64,000 bases of DNA from an uncultured beta proteobacterium (GTDB taxonomy: Bacteria > Pseudomonadota > Gammaproteobacteria > Burkholderiales > Casimicrobiaceae), in assembly GCA_963755065.1 (NCBI GenBank), contig CAVWIM010000018.1, positions 242,278-306,277 of the forward strand. The letters run 5' to 3'. Below the pieces are notes generated by a model. It saw only the letters and a list, made by a program, of their open reading frames with translations. It was not told where the DNA came from and ran no database searches. Below, piece by piece: positions 51,464 to 62,240 of the stretch. The position numbers were made by a program, and so were the translations under genes. Numbering within the stretch: position 1 is the first letter of the stretch; the number at the start of each line of letters is the position of its first letter.

Positions 51464-52348
51464 TCAAAGACGCATGATCGATGAGTGTCCTTCGATCAGA
51501 TACCAGTTCTCAGCCTTCGCCCTGCGCGCAACGCTGGCGCTTCGGCGCCGTGCCTTGTTCGGATCGCCCCGCGGCTGCTGCGCAAGCGCTACTGCGGCCA
51601 GGCCGACCACGATGAGCATTCCGACACAAACTATGAGCGCGTCGGCGGCGACGTCCTTGTCGTACCCGCGCTGCGCGATGAAGATCGCGCCCACGCCCGA
51701 GGCGATGACCGCCGGATAGAGGAAGTCCCTGTAGCGGAGCGCGATGAAGCCTCCCGTCGCGGCGGCGATCGCAAGAAATGCGGTTGCCGCGTCGTCCGGC
51801 ATCACCGCGGTCCCGGCGAGCAGGCCGCTGGCATTCAGCCACTGCGTCATGGCTACCAGGAATGCGATGGTCATCGCGCCGAAGTGGAGGCTGAACGGGA
51901 CGCGCAACCAACCGGAGTGCTTGCCCGGGGATACCGACGCAACGCGCACGAACATGACGCCAGCCAATGCGACGCCGGCGGCAATCAATGCGGCGGAGAG
52001 ACCGACCGCTTCGTGCCGGAATGCCACGAACCAGCTCGACGCCAGAGCGCTGGTTAGCGTAAGCGGGATGACCACCTTGTCGTACACGCGGTTGCGGTGT
52101 CTGCTGGGCCATAGAGCGGCGACATAGAAGAGCAGGAACGCGACCAGGATGGCCACGCAAATCGCCTTGGCAAATCCTGCAGGCACGAACGCATTGCCCA
52201 ATTCGGCCATCAGGCCGGCGATCGTGGGAGATTCGCTGAGACCGCTGTAGACGGCGATGAACGCCAAGTTCGCCGCAACGAGTACCAGACTCGTCCAACG
52301 CAGCATGGTTGAGGATGAGGGGGCGCCCGTAATGTCTGGCATGGCCAT
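51464..52348 (-). CDS. Polytopic membrane protein, possibly TspO-like
   Basis: ~8 hydrophobic segments; FVPAGFA and RVPFSLHFG resemble that family's motifs. Confidence 0.6.
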   Translation of the reverse strand: MAMPDITGAPSSSTMLRWTSLVLVAANLAFIAVYSGLSESPTIAGLMAELGNAFVPAGFAKAICVAILVAFLLFYVAALWPSRHRNRVYDKVVIPLTLTSALASSWFVAFRHEAVGLSAALIAAGVALAGVMFVRVASVSPGKHSGWLRVPFSLHFGAMTIAFLVAMTQWLNASGLLAGTAVMPDDAATAFLAIAAATGGFIALRYRDFLYPAVIASGVGAIFIAQRGYDKDVAADALIVCVGMLIVVGLAAVALAQQPRGDPNKARRRSASVARRAKAENWYLIEGHSSIMRL

Positions 52349-52457
52349 TCCACATTGTTGCCTACAAGAGGTAGTATGCCACTACAGAGCAGCGCGCGCG
52401 AGCCCAGGGGAAACTTCCCCTATGGCGTCGACGCCTCGCTCGTCCGGTGGCAGCGCC

Positions 52458-53828
52458 TCACGCGCTGCGCAGGTGCCAGGCTTTCGGCCGCGTGAACGTC
52501 TGGATCCCGTAGGTCGACAGCGTGAGGCCGATGCCTGAATGCTTGACTCCCGACCACGGCAGGCGCGGGCTGACGCGGTCACAGCAGTTCCAGTAGACGC
52601 TGCCCGCGTTCAGCTTGCTCAGGATTTTCTTCGCGCGCTTCTCGCTCGCGGAGTAGACACCGGCCGTTAGCCCGTACTCGCTGTCGTTCATGAGATCGAT
52701 GGCGGCTTCGTCGTCGGCCACGGCCTGCAAGCCGATGATCGGACCGAACGATTCGTCGCGCATCACGAGCATCGAATGGTCGACGTCGGCCAGCACGGTC
52801 GGCGCATACCAGTTGCCCTTGGCCCGGAGGACGTGGCCGCCTAGCAACAGCTTCGCCCCTTTCCGCTTCGCGTCCGCCACCTGCGTCTTCAGCACCGCAA
52901 GCTGCGGCTTGCGCGTGATGGCGCCCACGTACGTCGTCTCGTCCTGCGGGTCGCCGATCTTGTAGCTCTTCACTTCGGCTACGAAGGCCGCGACGAACGC
53001 GTCGTAGATCTGCTCGTGGACGTAGACCCGCTCCACCGAGCAGCACGACTGGCCGGTGTTATAGAACGCGCCATCGGCCACCGCTACTGCCGCCGCCTTG
53101 ACGTCAACGTCCTCGCAGACGTAGATGGGATCCTTGCCGCCTAATTCCAGTTGCGTCTTGATCATCCTGCGGCCGGTGCTGGCGGCGATTTTCGCGCCCG
53201 TCCGGTAGGAACCGGTGAAGAAAACGCCATCGACGGGCTGCCGTAGCAGGGCGGCGCCCGTCGCGCCGTCGCCGATCACGGCGATGAAGACGTCGCGCGG
53301 AACGCCGGATTCGTGGAGCAGGTCGGCGATGTGCTGGCCGGTTAGCGTGGCGAACTCGGAGGGCTTGTACAGGACCACATTGCCGGCCGCCAGCGCCGGC
53401 ACGAACACGTTGCCGCCGACGAAATACGGATAATTCCACGCCGAGATGTTGGCGATCACGCCAAGCGGGACGTGGGCAATGCGCTCCTCGAGCTTGCCGG
53501 CGGGATCGGCAAGCACCTTTTCGTCGCGCAACGCGCGTTCGGTTTCGGCGAGGAAAAAATCGATGCGCGCGGTCAGGCCATTCAACTCGTTGCGCGACTG
53601 CCGGATCGGCTTGCCGACTTCCGCCGTGAGGGTCCGGGCGAGCTTGTCCTGGCGCTCGATCAGCAGTTCGCGGAATTTGGCGAGGATTGCGAGTCGCCTC
53701 TTGATCGGCACGGCCGACCACTTCGGTTGCGCCGCGCGCGCTAATTCATACTTGGCGCGCACCGTCTTGAGATTGTCGGCGGCGACCTCGGCTAAGACGA
53801 GCCCGGTCGCGGGATTGCTGATCCTCAT
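52458..53828 (-). CDS. Aldehyde dehydrogenase
   Basis: AWNYP, KPSE, FTGS, ELGGKDP, NTGQSCC, ESFGP. Confidence 0.93.
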   Translation of the reverse strand: MRISNPATGLVLAEVAADNLKTVRAKYELARAAQPKWSAVPIKRRLAILAKFRELLIERQDKLARTLTAEVGKPIRQSRNELNGLTARIDFFLAETERALRDEKVLADPAGKLEERIAHVPLGVIANISAWNYPYFVGGNVFVPALAAGNVVLYKPSEFATLTGQHIADLLHESGVPRDVFIAVIGDGATGAALLRQPVDGVFFTGSYRTGAKIAASTGRRMIKTQLELGGKDPIYVCEDVDVKAAAVAVADGAFYNTGQSCCSVERVYVHEQIYDAFVAAFVAEVKSYKIGDPQDETTYVGAITRKPQLAVLKTQVADAKRKGAKLLLGGHVLRAKGNWYAPTVLADVDHSMLVMRDESFGPIIGLQAVADDEAAIDLMNDSEYGLTAGVYSASEKRAKKILSKLNAGSVYWNCCDRVSPRLPWSGVKHSGIGLTLSTYGIQTFTRPKAWHLRSA

Positions 53829-53851
53829 CGCTTGACCTTAAGAGCGCGGAT

Positions 53852-54640
53852 TCATAGAGCGTAGGCGGCGGCCTTGTGTTGCGCGGCCGTGGCGAGAAAG
53901 TCGTCGAGCAGCGGCGTGTCGTCGATGAATGTCGTGTCACCCGGCGGGTGAAACTCGGGGTGCCACTGCACCCCTACTACGTAAGAGGGTCCGTTCCAGC
54001 GCAGCGCCTCGACGATGCGATCCGGCTCGGACCACGCCTCGGCGGCAAGGCCCGTCCCCAGGGCCTTCACCGCTTGATGGTGCACGGAATTGGTCTTCAC
54101 GAGCGTCGTTCGCGGATACAGCCTGGAGAGGCCGGTGCCCGGGGCGATCGATGTCGCGTGGCAGTTCTTGTCGTAGATCGACTGCATCCGGTGCCGCAGC
54201 GCATCCGGCCGCTGCGTCGGAATGTCCTGGTAGAGCGTCCCGCCCATCGCGACGTTGATCACCTGCGCGCCTCGGCACAGCCCCAGGACCGGCTTGCCCA
54301 GCGCCACGAAGGCGCGCAGGAGCGCGATTTCATAGACATCGCGGACACGATCGCCGCTCCAGGCGGGCTTGAGGGCGACTTCACCGTAGGTTTCCGGACA
54401 CACGTCCGAGCCGCCCATCAGCACCAGCGCGTCAAGCTCGCGCGCATAGTCGTCCACCGTGACGCCGCTGCCGGCGCGCCGCGTCTTACCTTCGGGCGAG
54501 GGCACCATGAACGCCAGCACGTCGCGCTGCATCAGCCAGTGGGCGACATTCTGCTCGATATATTGCAGCGTCATTCCCTGGAACAGCGTGCGCGGCTGGT
54601 CCCCGTGGAGGAATGACGCCGAAATCCCGACCTTGAGCAT
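53852..54640 (-). CDS. Gamma-glutamyl-amide hydrolase (peptidase C26 / PuuD-like)
   Basis: MGGSDV, LGLCRGAQ nucleophile, NSVHHQAV, GVQWHPE. Confidence 0.9.
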   Translation of the reverse strand: MLKVGISASFLHGDQPRTLFQGMTLQYIEQNVAHWLMQRDVLAFMVPSPEGKTRRAGSGVTVDDYARELDALVLMGGSDVCPETYGEVALKPAWSGDRVRDVYEIALLRAFVALGKPVLGLCRGAQVINVAMGGTLYQDIPTQRPDALRHRMQSIYDKNCHATSIAPGTGLSRLYPRTTLVKTNSVHHQAVKALGTGLAAEAWSEPDRIVEALRWNGPSYVVGVQWHPEFHPPGDTTFIDDTPLLDDFLATAAQHKAAAYAL

Positions 54641-54644
54641 CGGA

Positions 54645-55814
54645 TCAGATCGCAGCGGCGAACAGGTTCTCGAAATCCGCCGCCGTGCACTTGCGCGGAT
54701 TGGTCTGGTGGCAGATGTCGGCGGTCGCCACTTCGACCAGGCGCGGTATGTCCGCTTTCGTCACGGGCCGGGCCCCGCGGTAGTCCGACACCTTGGCGGG
54801 AATCGCCAGCGTGGATTTGAGCGTCGACAGCCACGCGATGAAGGCAATGGCGCGCGCTTCCGTGGTTCCGTCTTCGCCGCCGGGCACGTTGGCCGCATGC
54901 GCGAGTTCGGCCAGCTTGGCGGTCGCCGCCGGCAGGTTGAAGCGCATGACGTGGTCGATCATGATGCCGTTGGCAAGGCCGTGATGCAGGTCGGCCACCG
55001 TCGACAACGCGTGCGCGCACGAATGCACGGCGCCTAAGTCCTTCTGGAACGCGACCGCGCCCATCAGCGAACTCATCAGCATGTCGGAGCGTGCCTGGAG
55101 ATCCTGTCCGTTCTTCACCGCAAGCGGCAGCGCACGGGCGGCGATACGCACGCCTTCCAGCGCAATCCCGTCGCACATCGGGTGGTAGGCCGACGACAGG
55201 TACGACTCGACGTTGTGCGTCAGCGCGTCCATGCCGGTTGCGGCGGTGATCGAGGCGGGCAGGTCGAGCGTGAGTTCGGGATCGGCGAACACGGCCTTGG
55301 CAAGCAGGGCCGGCGAGAAGATGATCTTCTTGATGTGCGTTTTTTCGTCGGAGACCACCGCCGAGCGGCCGACTTCCGAACCGGTTCCGGCGGTGGTGGG
55401 CAGCGCGACGAACCACGGGATCGGCTGCGCAATGGCGCGCACCTGCGGGTGGTCCCACGCGTAGTCGAGGATGTCGCCGTCGTGGTTCGCCATCAGAGCG
55501 ATGGCCTTGGCGACGTCGAGCGCGGCGCCGCCACCCACGCCGATGACCGCGTCCGCACGGTGCGCCTTGTACGCCGCAGCGCCCGCCGCGACCTGGCCGC
55601 GCACCGGATTGCCGGAGATGTCGGAAAAGACCGCGACGTCGAGTCCAGACAGGTCGGCAACCAGCGCGGCAAGGAGCGGCAACGCGGCGATGCCGCGGTC
55701 GGTGACCAGCAGCGGGCGCGCAATGCGCTGCGCCTTCAGATGATCGGCGACGAGTTTGCGCGCGCCGGGGCCGAAATGGATGGTGGTCGGAAAGCTGAAG
55801 CGTTCGATGCTCAT
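54645..55814 (-). CDS. Iron-containing alcohol dehydrogenase
   Basis: GGGAALDVAK, PTTAGTGSE, GMDALTHNVE, HSCAH, HHGLAN. Confidence 0.93.
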   Translation of the reverse strand: MSIERFSFPTTIHFGPGARKLVADHLKAQRIARPLLVTDRGIAALPLLAALVADLSGLDVAVFSDISGNPVRGQVAAGAAAYKAHRADAVIGVGGGAALDVAKAIALMANHDGDILDYAWDHPQVRAIAQPIPWFVALPTTAGTGSEVGRSAVVSDEKTHIKKIIFSPALLAKAVFADPELTLDLPASITAATGMDALTHNVESYLSSAYHPMCDGIALEGVRIAARALPLAVKNGQDLQARSDMLMSSLMGAVAFQKDLGAVHSCAHALSTVADLHHGLANGIMIDHVMRFNLPAATAKLAELAHAANVPGGEDGTTEARAIAFIAWLSTLKSTLAIPAKVSDYRGARPVTKADIPRLVEVATADICHQTNPRKCTAADFENLFAAAI

Positions 55815-56327
55815 CGCATTCTCAAAGGAAAAGGATCATGTGTTCTTTGTCGAAATATTCGATGCCGACCTTGAGGGCGCGTGGTTCCATCCCAAACGTC
55901 CTGAATCCGGCCGATCGGTACAACTCGATCGCGGGCTGGTTGGTGCGTGTCACCGTCAACACCAGCTGCTCCAGTTTCTCCGCGTCTCGCGCGTAATCGA
56001 TCACGGCCTGCAACAGCGCGCGCCCCAATCCGTGGCGGCGGAACTCCGGCGCGACGTACATCGCGACAACGTCGCCTTTGTGCCGGTTCTTGAGGCGCGG
56101 TTCGCGCGTCAATCCAATCATGCCTCGGATCTCGCCGTGCGATGAAGGCGCCCCAGAACACGTTACCTTCACCGGCAATTCGCTGTTCCGTTGCGCTCTG
56201 CGCCTTGTGCACGTCCTCCTCGTAACTCGATGTGAACGCCTCCGGGTGCTCCTGCAATGCTCGCAGCCGTAGCGTCACGAAACGCGGCGGCGTCGGCGTT
56301 CGTCAGAATACGGACCGGCATTCGCAT
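55811..56327 (-). CDS. GNAT family N-acetyltransferase, frameshifted
   Basis: LRLRALQEHPEAF, MYVAPEFRRHGLGRALL motif A, N..AIELYRSAGF. Confidence 0.85.
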
Positions 56328-56334
56328 TGGCGTA

Positions 56335-57708
56335 TCAAATGATCTCGAAATAGCGCTTCAACTCCCAGTCGGTGACACCATCCAGCCATTGGCGCCATTC
56401 CCATTCGCGCGTGGCGGCAAAATGATCGACGAAATCGTCGCCGAACCAGTCGCGCGCGACATCCGACTTCTCGAAGATGCGCGTCGTCTCGATCAGCGTG
56501 CGCGGCGCGCGTGGGATGTTCTCGGCGCCCTGGTTCGTTCCGGTGATCGGCTTTGCGGTCAGCTTGAGCCCCTTTTCCACGCCGTGGATGCCGGCCGCGA
56601 TCACGGCGGCCATCGCCAGGTACGGATTGATGTCGGCGCCTGGGCAGCGCGTCTCCAGCCGCGTGGACTTGGGCGATCCGGGAATCACGCGGAAACTCGC
56701 CGTGCGGTTGTCCACGCCCCACGTCGGCTTGACCGGCGCCCAGAAGCCGTCCACCAGCCGCTTGTAGCTGTTGATCGTCGGCCAGAACATGGGCGCGAAC
56801 TCCATCAGCACCGCGACCTGCCCGGCCAGATAGCTCTCGAAGAGCCGGCTCATCCCGTGCTTGCCCTTGGGATCGTAGAAGCGGTTGGTCTTCCCATCCG
56901 ACAGCGACTGGTGAATGTGGCCCGAGCAGCCGGGATACTGCTGGCTCCACTTCGCCATGAAGCTCGGCATGATGTCGAAGTGCGACGCGATCTCCTTCGC
57001 GCCCGTCTTGAACAGGATCGCGCGGTCGGCCTGCTCGAGCGCTTCCGAGAACAGGATGGCCGCCTCGTAGACGCCGGGGCCCGTCTCGGTGTGCAGGCCC
57101 TCGATGGGCACGCCGAAGGCGCCCATCTCGTTGAACAGCGCTTCGAAGAACGGCTGCGCCGCGTTGGCGCGCAACAGCGAGTAGCCGAACATGCCCGAGG
57201 TGATCGGGTCCGGACCGACCCCTTTTTTCTCGGCCCACGATTGCGGCGTCTCGGAGAAGTTGAACCACTCGAATTCCATCCCGCACATCGGCGTGAAGCC
57301 CAGCTTCTCGGCGCGGCGCAGCACGCGCTTCAGCAACTGCCGCGGACACAGCGGAAACGCCGCTTCCTTGCCATCCTTCTGCCACACGAACTCGCCCAGG
57401 AAGAACGGCACATTGTCGTCCCACGGCACGTGCCGGTGGGTGCCGAGGTCGAGGCGCGCAAGCACGTCGGGATACCCCTTGTGCCAGCCGGTGAGTTTAG
57501 TGTTGTCGTAACACACGTCCTGCGAATCCCAGCCGAACACGACATCGCAGAATCCGAATCCGCCTTCGACGGCGGAGACGAACTTGTCCTTGTGCATGTA
57601 TTTCCCGCGCAGGATGCCGTCGATGTCCGAGCAGGCGACCTTGACGCGGTTGCCCGGCGTCTTGCGGACGGCGTCGATGACCTTGGCGGGCGTGACCGGC
57701 GTGGGCAT
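56335..57708 (-). CDS. Glutamine synthetase-like gamma-glutamylamide ligase
   Basis: DIDGILRGK, GMEFE, HTETGPGVYE, FMAK, SGHIHQS, NSYKRL, WGVDNRT, RLETRCPGADINPY. Confidence 0.9.
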   Translation of the reverse strand: MPTPVTPAKVIDAVRKTPGNRVKVACSDIDGILRGKYMHKDKFVSAVEGGFGFCDVVFGWDSQDVCYDNTKLTGWHKGYPDVLARLDLGTHRHVPWDDNVPFFLGEFVWQKDGKEAAFPLCPRQLLKRVLRRAEKLGFTPMCGMEFEWFNFSETPQSWAEKKGVGPDPITSGMFGYSLLRANAAQPFFEALFNEMGAFGVPIEGLHTETGPGVYEAAILFSEALEQADRAILFKTGAKEIASHFDIMPSFMAKWSQQYPGCSGHIHQSLSDGKTNRFYDPKGKHGMSRLFESYLAGQVAVLMEFAPMFWPTINSYKRLVDGFWAPVKPTWGVDNRTASFRVIPGSPKSTRLETRCPGADINPYLAMAAVIAAGIHGVEKGLKLTAKPITGTNQGAENIPRAPRTLIETTRIFEKSDVARDWFGDDFVDHFAATREWEWRQWLDGVTDWELKRYFEII

Positions 57709-57857
57709 GGGTTGCTCCTGGCGTCTTCTCTGGCAGCGTAGGTGCGCGCGGCGGCTGATTCTAGCAGCCCGACGACGCGAGACCATGTGATGCCGATGGC
57801 GCCGAGGGTCGCGATTGGGTAGCATCGCGGCTTCCATTCCTCCGCGGAGACGTACGC

Positions 57858-58358
57858 GTGATCGTCCTCCTGATGGGCGTCAGCGGTTCCGGCAAGACCA
57901 CGATCGGTCTCGCATTGGCGAAGGCGCTGGGTTGGCCGTTCTTCGATGGCGACGACTTCCACCCGGAAGCCAATGTGGCCAAGATGGCCGCGGGGCAGCC
58001 GCTGACCGACGACGATCGGTGGCCGTGGATCGACCGCATCGCCGAGGAAATGAGAAAGGTCTCGGCCCGTGGCGAGAGTGGAATCTTTGCGTGCTCGGCA
58101 TTGAAAGAGGCCCACCGTCTTCGCTTGCGGCGCGCCGGTGACGTGCGCATTGTCTATATGAAAGGCGATGCGACGACGATTGGCGCGCGCCTCGCCGCAC
58201 GTGCGCATCGCTTCATGCCGGCGTCGCTGTTGCCTTCGCAGTTTGCTGCGCTGGAAGAACCCGCGGACGCTTTGGTGGTCGATATCCGCGATCCCATTGC
58301 GGCACAGGTCCGGCACATCCGCGAAGGGTTGGGCGAAGGCGTGCCGACGCAATCATGA
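57858..58358 (+). CDS. gntK: Gluconokinase
   Basis: MGVSGSGKTT, DGDDFHP..N..KM..G.PLTDDDRWPW, ACSALK, SQFAALEEP. Confidence 0.9.
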   Translation: MIVLLMGVSGSGKTTIGLALAKALGWPFFDGDDFHPEANVAKMAAGQPLTDDDRWPWIDRIAEEMRKVSARGESGIFACSALKEAHRLRLRRAGDVRIVYMKGDATTIGARLAARAHRFMPASLLPSQFAALEEPADALVVDIRDPIAAQVRHIREGLGEGVPTQS

Positions 58359-58365
58359 TCCGACC

Positions 58366-59541
58366 ATGACCGACAAGCCGCGCAACAAGGCGACGCAGGT
58401 CGGCCATCTCGGGCGCGCGCCGCGCAAATTCCTGGGCGCCGTGAACACGCCGGTCTTTCGCGCCACGACGATGCTGTTCCCGACGGTAGCCGACCTCGAA
58501 GCGGCCACGCGCGGCGAATACGCCGGAATCGGCTACGGCCTGCACGGGCTGCCGACCGTCACCGACCTGCAGGCCGCCATCGCCACGCTCGAAGGCGGGT
58601 ATGCGGCGCTGGCCGTGCCATCGGGCCTGACTGCGACCACGCTGCCATTGCTGGCGCTCACGCGACCCGGCGACCACGTTCTCGTGACCGATTCGGTGTA
58701 CGGCCCCACGCGCCGCTTTTGCGAATTGCACCTGAAGCGCCTGGGCGTCGAGGTCAGTTACTACGATCCTTTGCTGGGCGCCGACATCGCGCGCGAGTTT
58801 CGACCCAACACCAAAATCGTGTTCGTCGAATCACCGGGATCGCTCACCTTCGAAGTCCAGGACGTGCCGGCCATTGTGCAGGTCGCCCATGCCCGCGGTG
58901 CGCTGGTCATCATCGACAACTCCTGGGCGACGCCGCTCAACTTTCGCGCGTTCGACTTCGGCGTTGACGTCTCGGTGCATGCGGCGACCAAGTTCATCGG
59001 CGGCCATTCCGACGTCCTGCTGGGGCTGATCGTGGCCAGCGAGGCGACCTATCCTGCGCTGCACCGGCTGTGGACCGACATGGGCGTCACCGCGTCGAGC
59101 GACGATTGCTTCCTCGGCTTACGCGGCTTGCGCACGCTGGCGGTCCGCCTCGTGCGCCATCAGGCGAGCGCCATCAAGGTGGCGCAGTGGCTGCGCACGC
59201 GGCCCGAGGTGAACGAGGTGATTTATCCGGCGCTGCCCGGATCTCGTGGTCATGAGTTGTGGAAGCGCGATTTTCAAGGCGCGACGTCGCTCTTCGGCGT
59301 CGTGCTCAACCCGGTCGCGAAGGCGCGCATCGATGCGCTGCTGGACGGCATGCGCATCTTCAGCATGGGCTCGAGCTGGGGCGGCTTCGAGAGCCTCATC
59401 ATTCCGACCTATCCGGAGCGCATGCGCACGGCGTCGACGTGGAAGGCCGGCGGTCCGTCGCTGCGGCTTTATGTCGGCCTCGAGGACCCTGACGACCTGA
59501 TCGCGGATCTGGCGGACGGCCTCACGCGCCTTGCGGATTAA
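58366..59541 (+). CDS. metC: Cystathionine beta-lyase
   Basis: VNTPVFRATT, YGLHGLPT, ESPGSLTFEVQD, DNSWATP, AATKFIGGHSD, SWGGFESL. Confidence 0.92.
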   Translation: MTDKPRNKATQVGHLGRAPRKFLGAVNTPVFRATTMLFPTVADLEAATRGEYAGIGYGLHGLPTVTDLQAAIATLEGGYAALAVPSGLTATTLPLLALTRPGDHVLVTDSVYGPTRRFCELHLKRLGVEVSYYDPLLGADIAREFRPNTKIVFVESPGSLTFEVQDVPAIVQVAHARGALVIIDNSWATPLNFRAFDFGVDVSVHAATKFIGGHSDVLLGLIVASEATYPALHRLWTDMGVTASSDDCFLGLRGLRTLAVRLVRHQASAIKVAQWLRTRPEVNEVIYPALPGSRGHELWKRDFQGATSLFGVVLNPVAKARIDALLDGMRIFSMGSSWGGFESLIIPTYPERMRTASTWKAGGPSLRLYVGLEDPDDLIADLADGLTRLAD

Positions 59542-59547
59542 GGCCTC

Positions 59548-60298
59548 TCAAGCGTCGACGCCCAAGTAGACCGCCCGCACGCGCGGATCGGCGCGAATCG
59601 CATCGGGAGGTCCTTCGGCGATGATCCTGCCGCGGTCGAGGACGATCACGCGATCGGCGAACCCGAACACCACGTCCATGTCATGTTCGGTGAAGAGCAC
59701 GGCGATGCGGTCGCGCTGCGCAAGACTGGATGCCTGCTCCATGAGCGCCGCGCGTGCGTACTGCGCCATCCCGGCGGTCGGCTCGTCCATCAGCAAGAGC
59801 TTTGGCGCACCCGCCAGTGCCAACGCGAGCTCGACGCGTTTGGCGTCGCCGTACGCGATCGTCGCGCAGTGCGCGTCGGCGAGCTCGCGGCATCCCACGC
59901 GCGCCAGCAGCGCGTCCGCGCCCTCGGCGAATGCGGCCGCTCGAACCCGACCACATCGCGCCGTGCTTGCCGGCATGAGCGAGCAGCGCGAGCACGACGT
60001 TCTCGCGTACGGTCATCGACGCGAATGTCGCCGCCACCTGGAACGTGCGTCCGACGCCACGCCCGGCGATGACCTGCGGCGGAAGTCCGTCGACGCGCCG
60101 CCCGGCGAGCACGATGGCGCCCGAATCCGGACGCAGCTGGCCGTTCACCAGGTTGAAGCACGTCGTCTTGCCCGCGCCATTGGGCCCGATCAGCGCGACG
60201 CGTTCGCCGGCGGCGACCTCGAAGGTGATGCGATCGACGGCGCGCACGCCATCGAACGCCTTGGCCAGGTCCTTGACCTCGAGGATGGCGGTACTCAT
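59548..60298 (-). CDS. Branched-chain amino acid-type ABC ATPase (LivG-like), frameshifted
   Basis: GPNGAGKTT, RTFQ, YGDAKRVE, MDEPTAG, TEHDMD. Confidence 0.85.
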
Positions 60299-62196
60299 TG
60301 GCTTGCGCCCGTGCGCCGAAGCCAACGCATCGCGCCGCCGATGCCCGTGGGCAGCACCAGCACGATGGCCAGGATCAGGATCCCGAGCACCGCGCGCCAA
60401 TATTCGGTAACCCGTGCGAGCGTATCGGCAAGCCACGTGAACGCGGCCGCGCCGAGCAACGGACCAAACAGCGCGTTGAGGCCGCCCAACAGCACCATCA
60501 CGATGGCGTCGACGGAGCGTGGGATCGCCAGCGACTCGGGCGAAATGCTGCCCTTCGAGAATGCAAACAGGCCACCGGCGATGCCGGCGAACGCCCCGGC
60601 GAGCGCAAACCCTTGCCAACGCATGCGCGCGACGTCGATCCCGAGCGCCGCGGCGCGCAGCGGCGAATCGCGGACGCCGCGCAGCGCGAGACCGAAGGGC
60701 GCGTGGGTGATGCGGATGAGGACGAACGCGGCCGTCGCGACGACTATCAGCGCAAAGAGGTAGAACGCCGTGCGCGCTCGCGAGCCAGGGTGCGGGCCAG
60801 ATGCCGACGAGGCCATTCGAGCCGCCGGTGACGCTTTCCCACTGGAACGCGATCGACCAAACGATCTGCGCGAACGCGAGCGTCAGCATCGCGAGATAGA
60901 CGCCCGCCAGACGCACGCAGAACCAGCCGAAGATGACTGCCGCAAACCAGGATGCCAAGGGTGCCAAGGCAATCGCCGCGAGCATCGGCCAGCCGGACCG
61001 CACCGCCAGCGCGGCGGCATAGGCGCCCACGCCGAAATACGCGGCGTGGCCGAACGAGGACATGCCGCCGGTCGCGAGCAGAAACTGCAGGCTCGCCGCG
61101 AACAGGGCTGCGATCACGATGTCGGTCGCGAGGACCGCCGCGTATTCGTCGCGGACGAAGGGCAGGGCGATCAGCGCGACCAGCACGATGGCCGCGACGA
61201 CCGCGGCGCGCCGCCCAGGCGCGACCACCAGCGCGCGCTGTTCGGGCAGCGGCGTGGTCATGGCGCCGGCCGGCGCCTTCCCGAGCAGGCCCTGCGGCTT
61301 TAACGCCAGCACGATGGCCATGACGATGAATTCGGCGACGAGCGTGAGGCGCGGAAAAGCGAAGGTGATGCCGAAGAGGTCGACGTCTCCCAACGCGATG
61401 CAGAATGTCTTGGTCACGCCGATCAGCACCGCTGCCAGAAAAGCGCCGGGAATCGAACCCAAGCCGCCGACCACGGTGACGACGAAGGCATCCGCGATGA
61501 TCGACAGGTCCATGCCGAGGTTGGCGGGTTCGCGCGGCAACTGCAACGCGCCGGCCAATCCCGCCAGGAAAGCGCCGAGCACGAAGACGGCCGTGTACAG
61601 CCGGGACTGGTCGATGCCCAACGCCGACGTGAGCGCGCGGTTTTCCGCTGCCGCGCGGATCAGCATGCCGAAACGCGTGCGCGTGACCAGCGAACGTCAG
61701 CGCGACCAGGACCACCGGTCCGGCGACCATGAGGAACAGGTCATATTGCGGAATGGCGTGGCCTGAAGAATTCGAACGGTGCCTGCGAGACCCGGCGCGC
61801 GCGGTCCAAGCAAGATCTTCGGCGCCCCACAGCGCGAGTGCCGCGTCGCGGACGATGAGCACGACGGCGAAGGTGGCCGTCAGTTGCATGAGTTCGGGCG
61901 CGTCGTAGAGGCGCTTCAGCAGCAGCGACTTCGAGCAGCGCGCCGATCAGCGCGACGGCAAGCGCAGCCAGGAGCAGCCCGAGCCAGAACGACAGCGGCC
62001 CGCGGCCCAACACGCCGGCGAGGCGGTTCCCGAACGTGTACGCGCAATACGCGCCCAGCATGTACAGCGAGCCGTGCGCGAAATTGACGACGCGCGTGAC
62101 GCCAAAGATCAGCGTCAGGCCGGCCGCGACAAGGAAAAGCGCCGAGGCGGAGGCGAGGCCGTTGAGGAGCTGCAGGAAGAAGGAGGCGAGGGACAA
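60295..62196 (-). CDS. Fused LivH-LivM type ABC permease, frameshifted
   Basis: GLTLIFGVTRVVNFAHG, VVGGLGS, SFGHAAYFG, YLAMLTLA, MVLLGG. Confidence 0.82.
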
Positions 62197-62240
62197 GCGA
62201 GAGGCGCCGGCGGCGGGGTGCGCCGGCGCTGCCCGCGATT

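Noticed and set aside
56335-57708. Housekeeping glutamine synthetase glnA
   Set aside because: No ntrBC context, divergent N-terminal motifs, and flanked by C26 hydrolase, ADH and ALDH, as for gamma-glutamylamide ligases.
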